DNA of 64,000 nt. Origin: Hydrolagus affinis. Taxonomy: Eukaryota. The stretch lies in assembly GCA_012026655.1 (NCBI GenBank), contig JAAILG010001262.1, positions 1-64,000 on the forward strand, in the 5' to 3' direction. Positions 1 to 9,900 of this stretch are shown one piece after another. The translations under genes were made by a program, and so were the position numbers. A model generated the notes under the pieces. The model was given only the letters and a program-made list of their open reading frames with translations, did not search any database and was not told where the DNA came from. Positions within the stretch are counted from its first letter, which is position 1, and each line of letters opens with the position of its first letter.

Positions 1-7
1 TTGTTTT

Positions 8-70
8 CCCAGCGTCCTGGGGCATCTTTCCAACGTGAAGCATGCTGTACGAGTGTGATTTGTTGTTGTT
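8..70 (+). mobile_element. L2 LINE 3' tail fragment
   Basis: cagcg..tggggcatc..cc.acgtgaa... ending in (ttg)n, like the other L2 tails in the window. Confidence 0.7.
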
Positions 71-217
71 TTATACTTTTTAATTACAAAATATTTTTAA
101 GTAATTGTAAATTGTTTCTTTCCCTCCTCAGATATTTCAGTGCATAGAAGAAAACAGGATACAAGTACCTACCTTTTGGTAAGTATTGTATTTTATACAG
201 CTTCTTACAATCTTACA

Positions 218-254
218 CAATTGACAAGAAATTGTGTACATTTCTTGTCAATTG
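218..254. repeat. Perfect 15-bp inverted repeat with 7-nt loop
   Basis: CAATTGACAAGAAAT-tgtgtac-ATTTCTTGTCAATTG. Confidence 0.95.
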
Positions 255-419
255 CACAGTCAATTGTCACAGACAATTGTCAAGTCTGTACCTCCATCAC
301 ACTTGTTGTCAGGCTATGCTTGCAACCAAAGGACGCAATATGGAATGTGGATTGATACACAAACAGACACACACTTACTTATACTTGAAAAGTTTCATTT
401 TTCGCTTAGGCATTTTTAT

Positions 420-718
420 CAACAACAACAAAATTACATTTATAGAGCCTTTCACGTTGGGAGAATGTTCCAAGGCTCTGAACAATCAAGTCGGGACCTG
501 AGCAGTGGGGAAGGGTTAGGAGGAAGGAGAGTAGGAGAGGGGGAAGAGTTAGGAGGAGAGCAGAAGGCATGGTCGAAGAGGAAGGTCTTAAGACTGGCCT
601 TGAAGGAGGAAAGAGAGGAAGTGAGGTGAAGGGATTGCGGGATGGAGTTCAACAGTGTGGGAGCAGAGAGGCTGAAAGCCTGGCCACCGATGGTGGGGCG
701 GTTAGGGCGGTGGACGCC
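420..718 (-). mobile_element. L2 LINE 3' fragment
   Basis: (aac)n tail plus ORF2 C-terminal remnant NSIPQSLHLTSSLSSFKASLKTFLF; closely similar to 3540-3836. Confidence 0.9.
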
Positions 719-814
719 CTATTATACTTATCATGATAAATATATAATTTATAATCACTGTGACATCCTTCTCACATGAAAAGTGCTTTAAAACTTTGAT
801 TTTGGTGTTGTTTT

Positions 815-910
815 CTTAGCTTCGTCAGTGATCATTATTTTGCTTCCGTCGTCGCTTGGCTAGTGCGTGCTCTGACGCGGATGCTATGGTCAGCCGATGC
901 GGCCACTAAG
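815..910 (+). promoter_or_regulatory. Small CpG-rich patch: putative SLC30A6 promoter/5' UTR
   Basis: CpG-dense segment in CpG-depleted DNA, with ETS-like CTTCCG (843-848) and CRE half-sites CGTCA and TGACG directly upstream of ATG|GT. Confidence 0.5.
886..888 (+). CDS. SLC30A6: Probable first coding exon, contributing only the ATG (donor GTCAGC at 889)
   Basis: Exon 2 starts in phase 0 at codon 2 (GGG ACC = G-T), so an ATG|GT must lie upstream. This ATG|GT sits in a CpG-rich non-repeat patch near the window start (about 820-910). The donor is non-optimal. Confidence 0.6.
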
Positions 911-3900
911 TGTAACTGTATCATGTAACTGCACAGCGCCTATTGGACTCAGCAGCCTCCAGGTGTAACTGAAGCAAAAAATGCTAAACTGAAATACATT
1001 TTAGGTTAATATTCATGAACAGTAAGAGATGCCGGAAACCAAATGTGCCCATGTCAATCGATCCCAAATGCAAGACCTTTCTGATGAGTTATAAATCACG
1101 TCTATACGTGAATTGATTATTGAGATCCTTCTTGAAGCAGACAGAGTCGTTTTATTAGTGCTGTATATAGATATAGGAGTCCTGTCGCGATACACGCTAT
1201 ACAGGATTCACAGAACATACTGTAAAGTTAATTGACTGTATATTTGTGGGTGAAATATGGCAGCCAATTGCACACAGCAGTCCCACAAACAGTTGTGGAT
1301 TGAGTGATCAAATCATTATTGTTTTTTTTAGGGATTATTATCAGACATGTGGAACAAGGAAACTTGCCTACGGTTTCACTCTGCTGGGAATTGAACCCAA
1401 ATCTCATGCTTGCAAGGCGAGTGCTCTAACCACTGAGCTACAGAACTCCACAAAAAAAAGTTTCTTCCAGTGTCCTGTGCAACATACCAACTAAATTGGT
1501 CTCTCATTCCATGACTTTGTCTGACAATGCTGTGTGCTAATTGGCTGCCACATTTCCCTATAACATAAATGCACTCTATACTTTACAGTAGTATATTTCT
1601 TTTGAAGCGCTTTTAGATGTCCCCCTGATGTGAAAGGTGCTATATCAAATGCAGTAATGATTATTATATCACTAGCTAGTAGCTATCCTGTCTGTGAAAA
1701 TTTATATGGAAAAATTATTAAATAAATGCCCACAACACCTTGTGTGCAATACTGACCATTAATTGATAACATCTGACAGGGCTTATCCCTGTTAATGAAC
1801 TGAACTTTAAAATCCATAATTTTCAATTAGTTTCAAATCCTTGATTTATGGAGGTTGCTCTGAAATACATACCGTCACTATTGGTACAATTGAAGCCTTC
1901 TTAGGAATTCCAAAGGAGCATACTTAGAATTGCTACATCCAGAGTGAGTTCTGAAAGACAACTTTGTCATCAGAGATGTAGAGCAGGGCCCCTGTGTTTC
2001 AGCCATCCAGGTCGCTCTTGTACCCTTCATAGTGGCTGGTCACATAGTAATATTGATAAAGAATGGTGGGGAGAAATTCCAACTGGGTCTAGATTTCCTC
2101 CATTTCATGCACTATTTTAGAATGTGGCGCAAACTCACCAATTTTTTAAAAGAAAACAGGCACATCCTACAACAGTAATTTGCATTTATATGGCACCTTT
2201 TTGTGTTGTGTTTTGTCCCAAAGCACTTGAAATGTCAGTGCTGGACATTGAGAAACTTGCATTTATAGAGTGCCCATCACGTGAGGTAGCATGAACAGTG
2301 ACAAATCCTGGTACCGAACTGGGTGTTAACCATGGGCACAGTTGAAGAGGAAAATATTCTGGTGCAATATGAAGATAATAATAACAATCCTTGCATTTGA
2401 TATAGTGCTTTTCCCATCTTCTAGATGTCTCAAAGCCTTTCACGGAATATACTGAAAAGTGAATTGACTGTATATATCACTCTATGAACACCTCCGAAAC
2501 ACGGAAACTGCTCTGGTCAAGGTCACAAATGACATTGTGACCATTTGCAACCAGGGCTCCCTCTGCCTCCTTGTCCTCTTTGATCGTCTTTGACACTGTG
2601 GACCACGAAATCCTTCTCCATTGCCTCTCCTCCCACCTCAACCGTCAAGGTTCTGTCCTTGATTGTGTCAAGTCCTACCTCTCACACCGCCTTCACTTTG
2701 TCTCCTCCAACGGCTTTTCCTCCAGCCCTCGCATAGTCTCATGCGGCGTTCCTCAGGGCTCTGTCCTTGGCCCCCTCCTCTTCACCCTCTACTTTCTCTC
2801 CCTCGGTGACATCATCCGCAGATATGGGGTAAATTTCCACATGTATGGGGATGACACCCAACTCTATCTTTCCGCTTCCACCCTCAATTCCAGGACTATT
2901 GGAGTTCTGACTACGTGTCTGTCCGACATTGAGTCCTGGATGAGGGACAACATCCTCCCAACTAAATGTCAACAAGACAGAGACCCTCTTGATTGGCTTG
3001 TGTCAGCGCCTCCACACCTCAGGCGCTGCCAGCATCAGCATCCAAGGCTATACTCTCCATCTCTTGAAGCCAGTCAGGAATCTGAGCATCTTGTTCAACC
3101 CTGAACTGTCCTTCCTCCCTCAAATCTGCGCCATGACCGGTACTGCCTTCCACCACCTCCGCAATATTGCCAGACTCCACCACTGCCTCACCCCCCATGC
3201 TGCCGAAACTCTTGTCCATGCATTCATCACATCAAGGCTCGACTATAGGAATTCTCTCCTCGTCGGTCTTCCCAGCTTCTCCCTTCACAAGCTGCAGATC
3301 ATTAGAACTCTGCAGCTCGTGTATTCTCCCACACTAGGCCCCATGACCACATCACTCCCACCCTCGCCTGTCTCCACTGGCTCCCCATCCCCCAGAGGAT
3401 CGAATTCAAGATCCTCGTCTTCACTTTTAAGGCCATTCACCTTCTTGCCCCCGCCTATCTCTCCGACCTGCTGTGTCCCTATCAGCCTGCCCATCCCCTC
3501 CATTCAGCAGGCTCAGGTCTGCTCCTTTGTCCCCCGCCCGAACTGCCCTACCATCGGTGGCCGAGCTTTTAGCCTCTCTGTCCTCACACTCTGGAACTCC
3601 ATCCCGCAATCCCTTCACCTCACTTCCTCCCTTTCCTCCTTCAAGGCCAATCTCAAGACCTTCCTCTTCAACCATGCTTTCTGCTGCTTTCCTAACTCTC
3701 CCCCCGCTTTCCTACTCTCCGTCCCCCTGCCCCTACCCTTGCCCCCACTGCTCAGGTCCAACTTGACTGTTCAGCACCTTGAGACATCCTCCCGACGTGA
3801 AAGTCTCTTTTAATCTAATTATTTTGTTGTTGTTATTGGGCCAAATGTGGCAGCCAATTGCACACAGCAGTGTCCCACAAACAGTCGTGGATTGAAGTGA

Positions 3901-6900
3901 CTAATTTATTACTGTTTTATTTTGAGGGATTATTATCAAGCATGTGGAGTAAGGACAGTTGCCCTGCTTTTCTGTTCGACCGTGTCTGTGGTCATCTTTT
4001 TCCCACTCCTCCTGGCTTGGCCCCGGGCTCCGCTTTGTGAAGCGCTCTGAGATGCCACCTGACTTTGATGGCGCTATATAAATCCAGTTGTTGTTGTTGT
4101 AGTAGCAATTGGAGGCAATGAAGTGGAGGCTTTGGAACAGAAAGGATCAGACCAGTGAAGTGTGAATTCATGAAAGTGGATTAAAGGAGAGAGGAAATCA
4201 AGGAGGATGGAGTGATCTCCTTTGTCAAAGACAGCAGAGAGGATGAGAAGTCACAGGGAACCATCCCCTGCAAGCCAGTACAAAGAGTTATCTATCAATC
4301 CACTGTAAATGACAAGCAAATTTATTTATGCCACTTCCAAAGACTATAGAAATCGGATGCGCACTGATATCTTAAAAGGTAGAGCAAAGTTCTGATCTGT
4401 GTTTTGACGTTCAGACTTGCTGCTTATTATAAAGTGTGAAACATTATAACCTTTGCATCTTATATAGTGCCTTATCACGTCATTCAAATGTCTCAACACA
4501 TCCTGGATATACTCTAAAGTGAATTGACTGGGTATTTTTTGGGTGCAACTTGTTCTGTGGTGGGCACCAGTGTCCTTTACATTGAGAATTTGCTCTTTTG
4601 TTTCGGAGTTGTCACTGTTGCTTTATCTCGTCAACGGTTGAACCAGAAGTTGCTTCCAGAAGTGAAAGGATTGTGTCCAAACATGTTACGGCGCAGTTAT
4701 AGTCGGCTTGAATTTTAAGAAAACTTCAGCTTCAGGTGCAAGCATGTCACTGAATTTCTTCCTCATCTGTGAATTATTAGGAAATAGACAGGAGAGAGAA
4801 ATGTACAGCAACAGAGCCTGACATCTTGCCTCTACATTGTAAGAAACCAAAAATGAGGGCCTGGCATTGAAGGAATTGTTTCTCCTTCCCCCAGGTTAAT
4901 AGTGCTAATAATGATAACAATCTTTACATTTGATAAAATAATCGTGTGTGAAATGTAATAATAATAATAATAATAATCCTTGCATTTGATATAGTGCTTT
5001 TCATATCTTATCGGCATCCCAAAGCACTTCACAAAATATACTGTGTAAAGTGAATTGACTGTATATTTGTGGGTGAATCGCGGCAGCCAATTGCGCATAG
5101 CAGTGTCCCACAAACAGTCGTGGGTTGAAATTATCAATTTTATTATTGTGGGTTTTTTGGGTGGATTATTATTAGGCGTGTGGAGTAAGGAAGCTTGCTC
5201 AAGGTTTCACCCTGACCTGCCTGGATTCGAACACTGGACTCCTCAGCTTGGTCTCCCCAGCTTACAAGACAAGTGCTCTAACCACTAAACCACAGGAGCT
5301 CCAATATATCAGACATTGTATCAAATGTGCCTCAGCCTTTCATTTTTTGGTGTTTCCCTTGCAGTTGCATTTAAAAATCCAGAGTTTGAAAATACATCTT
5401 TCTCTATCTTAAGTTTTAATTCTGATAATTCATTGTTTTAAATGAATTGCTGTGGCTTTTTGTATTTTTCTCTTATTTTAATTACTGTTGGCAATTTCCA
5501 TAGCTCACATCTACATTAGAAGTGATAGCTGCAATTAGTCTGTCAGTGACAGGGGAATATATTGCTGTGAAACACCTCAAGGTCGATGTACAGGTAAACC
5601 TCTATTTACGATGGAGTTGCATTCCTGAAAAACTGTATGTATATCGAAACGTCCTAAATCGAACGCAATTTCCCATGCAGTCCCATTATATAACCAGAGA
5701 TGCGTTCTTTTCACAAAATTTTCAGTCCTTATAATCCACTAAATAACACACAAAACCACACAACATAACACACAAATTAACACACCTAGGCAACCTTTGA
5801 AACCGCCCTCTAGCATTGAAAGATGGTGCCGTTGAGCCTTTTCCTTCCTGATCATTTAACTCCCTAAACAATAATTTTTCCATGCATTCTTTCCATGTTT
5901 TCCATCACATCACTCCTATGTTTTGCTAATCTGTTTGCACCTGTAGCTGTAACACACCTTGTCCTTATTCTGTTTTATAGTAGCCACCGTTGATCTAGTT
6001 AGCCCTAAAGCCCTCCCGACTTCCATATTTTTTTCACCAGAATCGATGCGCTTTATCACTTCCAATTTGGTATTTAAAGTGATGACTTTGTGGGGTTTCT
6101 GGCCAATAGCGGTATCACCACTGCTTATTCACTTACTGTCTCTTCCTCGGCATGGTAGGCACGCGCTAGAGGTTGTAAATCGCTCGAAGTCGCTCGGGAA
6201 TATTAGGAAATTACTGTAATACTGACGTGGGGTGATGACGCTTCAAAATCACCTGGCTTTTAAACAATGACGTAGCAACCTGCTATTGGCCAGTTCAATG
6301 GACTGTGCGTATGGACAAAAAGGACACGCGAAAATGCGACCGCGATATTCAAAATATGTACTGCGCATGTGCAAAAAAATGTGGGTCCTTAAAACAAATC
6401 CAAGTGTCGTATATCAATCAAAAGGTGTTTAAAAAATGATGATCCTTCAATCGAAATATCCTAAATAGAAGCGTCGTAAATCGAGGCTTACTTGTACTTG
6501 AAACTAGATGAATCGTTTGTTGCTTGCTCAGACATTCAGACTATCGCATGTAACCTGTGCTAATGTAGTTACAACCCACCAAAACATGTATTTGTTCACC
6601 ATTTTTTAGAAAAAAAATTTAGAAATGGATATTTCTAAAATGGATATTTCCCATGTCTGTGATGCAAAAGATAGCTTTGGTTTTGTTATATTGTTATACT
6701 GTGCAAGAACAGACTTCAGATCACTGTTAAATAAATAAAGGGCAGCAACACATAATATGGCCTTCTGGGTTCAATATCTCAGAACCTATGTTATAAGCTA
6801 GTCCAAAATAACTTTGATGTCACCAGGTTACCAATGTTGTTTTCTGTACGTTGCACACTGCATGCACGAAGCATTGCTGCAATTATTTGTTGAAGTAAAT

Positions 6901-9900
6901 GGCTTGTGGTGTACAAAAAGTGACAACTGCCCTGATGACCCAGACTTTGGCTACTTTTTAGCACATTCACCTGCAATGCAAAAGAGTATCCAATCTTCCC
7001 ATCCACTCTTGGAAATTCCTGTGTTTGGCACACTATGGGGGTTTTACCTCAACCACCACAATGCAAACTCTCAGTTCCCCAATCCTTAGATTGGGGTAAT
7101 AGAATATGCGTTCTTCCCTTGGAGGGAACTTACTGCTCACCTAATTCACTCTAACTCCAGAGAAGTTAGAAGAATCCAAAATTTGGGGACCTGTGAGTGC
7201 GTATTGGCCCTGTTTTTAACTAGCTAAGTTCCTATCTATATATTGCCATTTAAGCCACAGTTTTGCAAGCTTCCTGTTGCTTGGTCAATCAGTTTAGCTT
7301 GCTGGGTTAACTGGGCCTTCTACAGGTTCTCCCAATATGCCAGGCTGTTGGTCTGTCGACAGCGGTGCCCTGGAGTATAGTGTTTGGCTCAGGAACCATA
7401 TTAACAAGATGGCTGCAGAGTGTACACTCAATTCTAACATCGCGTTACCAGCCATGTCACCATCAGCTCCAAGGTAGATCCCTTGATCTACTCCCCAGGA
7501 AGTACCTTTTGGAAGTTGAGTGTTTTAGTCCTACAAGCAGGGGAGTCGATGCTTCTTCACTTTATAATGCAGAGGTACAGAAACATAATTTAACAAAATT
7601 TAATGACGGGCTGTAACTTTAAACATGACTCCCGTAACTAGAACTATGCCACTAGATTGCAACAATGGATGTCTGGTGAGTCTCTATACTTCCTTTGCAC
7701 CTTGCTGGACATCTGCGCCCATATTTCCATTGATCAGGTGAAAGTTATCTAGAAAAGCCTAATTTTCTAGATATTAAAAATAGCTCAGTCCTGTTCAGTA
7801 TAACAGTATTCATAAGTCTGAAAGATTGTAATATCATAATGCCACAAATAGATGTAATAAATTCTTTGCTGCGGGACTTCAATGTATTTTACCACTGCAA
7901 GTGTGCACTTAAAGTAGGAATGCTATATGCAATAAAACTATTGTTTGCAATAATAGAATGCTCTCATAATATGTTGGAAGAAATTCCTACTGGACCAAGA
8001 GTTACTCTATTAACCTTGCATTTTAGTCTTAAGTTTGAAATAAAATTACTAGTGTAGATACTACTTTCTGCCACTTGATGTCACTATGTGACTGAATAGT
8101 TTTTAGGTGCATTTCAAAATGTGTTGTCAACATTGAGACAGGCTCTGCACTGGTTCAGATGCCAAAAATCTCTTCACCAAGAGCTCTTTAGCAAAGCAAC
8201 AATTGATGTTTTTTCTTGTAGTGCTCAATAATTATTAAAAATCCTTACATTTGATATTGTGCCTTTCACATCCAGAGAGAATCTCAAAGCACTTCCCAGG
8301 ATTTTCTGTAAAGTGGAATGTTTTCGAAGTTGAATTGATTTTGAGATTTTCAATATGTTGACTAAGAATACAGGATACAGTAGAAGCCCATTTATCTGGC
8401 ACCCGCGGGACCTGGCCATTGCTGATTAAAGTTAAAGCGCCTGCCGGATATTTGGGCGGCCGCGGCTGAAAACTCACGACAAAAAAATTTAAGTTCTTTT
8501 AATACACACCATACTAAGTAATAACAAATAATAACAGAATATTGTATTGTTACTTATTGTTAAAACTACTCTCTTGCGCTTCTCACCTTTACTGATTGAG
8601 GTTTACAGTCCAGTGATTCTTTTTTAAATGGAGGACGCCAAGCGGGTGAAAAAAACGGCAGCGCGATTTTAAAGTCGCGCGACTTTACTAGCTGCAAGCC
8701 CTAGACTCTACTAGCAGCAAACCGAAATACCGCACCTGCGTGACAATGTGGGTTATCGGCTAGCATTATCGGCTTGCCGCTAGTATGACTTTAAAGTCAT
8801 ACGCGCTCCGTTTTTTCACCCGCTCCATTTTAAAAAGAATCGCTGGACTATAGACCTCAACCATCAGCATTATGGCTTCAAGCGCAGCATCTATCTGCAA
8901 AGGTAAAAAGCGCAAGAGACTAGTTTTAACAATAAGTACCAATACAGTATTATGTTATTATTTATGCATTTACAAATGCTCCACCGCTATTGTGTTCCGG
9001 TTCTATAAGTTCCGGTTTATCGAATGGGGATTTTTTTTTTGGTGTGCCGGTTATACGGAAGTGCCGGTGCATCAAGTCACGGATAAACGGTCTTCTACTG
9101 TACCATGCTCTCTAGCACCCTTCCACAGTTGTGTGCTCAAACCACTTTGTCTGTAGTGCACTTTCTGGAATTAGTAAACAGAATGCATCCCCGAGGGAGA
9201 GAGTGTGCAATGCAACAATCTATAACTGAGATTCCATGGGTAGGTGGGATGCATAGAAATTTAATCTTAATTTGGATGCTCTTAAGCATGGTGATAGGTT
9301 TCTGCGTGTTTGAGACACCTGGCTGACCGAAAACATTTTTTTTCAATTTTGTGTAGGTATGATTTCCTTTGTCCAATGGCTCTTTCCACATGGCAAACAT
9401 TTTCTAAGTAATTCACAGTACAGTACTAGCTAAATTCCCCCATCCCCATGTTTTGTGGGCAATCCATTTGTTTTTGTTTTGTAATTTGCAGGGCTGATTC
9501 AGACTGCCTGGAAAAAGCCTATTGCTTATTCTTATAGTACTGTATTGATTCTCAATTAGGACTTTTCACTTTATTATTGCTAGCTTAGGAGATTTCCTGG
9601 TCATTTACAATTGGTTGGAGAACTTATTATCTGTTTCTATTGTTCTGTTGTGATGAACACACTTGCACGTTTTTAATAACTCCCAAGAGGGAACAATAGA
9701 GAGTTTTGTGAATATTCTTGTATCAAGTACATTTGATATTGTGCCTGTTCTCTGCCACCCCCCACCAACCCCAGGCTATATAAGTGCAAGTTGTTGTTGA
9801 TATATTCCTGGATCAGAGGCTTGTATGAATCGCTCCCATTGTAGTGAGAACATTGTGTCCCAAGGCTGATTTTGTAGCAGGGTGTTTTATATGTAATCCA

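Noticed and set aside
2989-3813. 274-aa ORF as a functional gene or active reverse transcriptase
   Set aside because: Frameshifted, 5'-truncated L2 ORF2 with no endonuclease domain; the RT motif is on a separate broken frame
6791-7089. Overlapping ORFs, possible LINE endonuclease remnant
   Set aside because: Only a faint resemblance and no diagnostic motif
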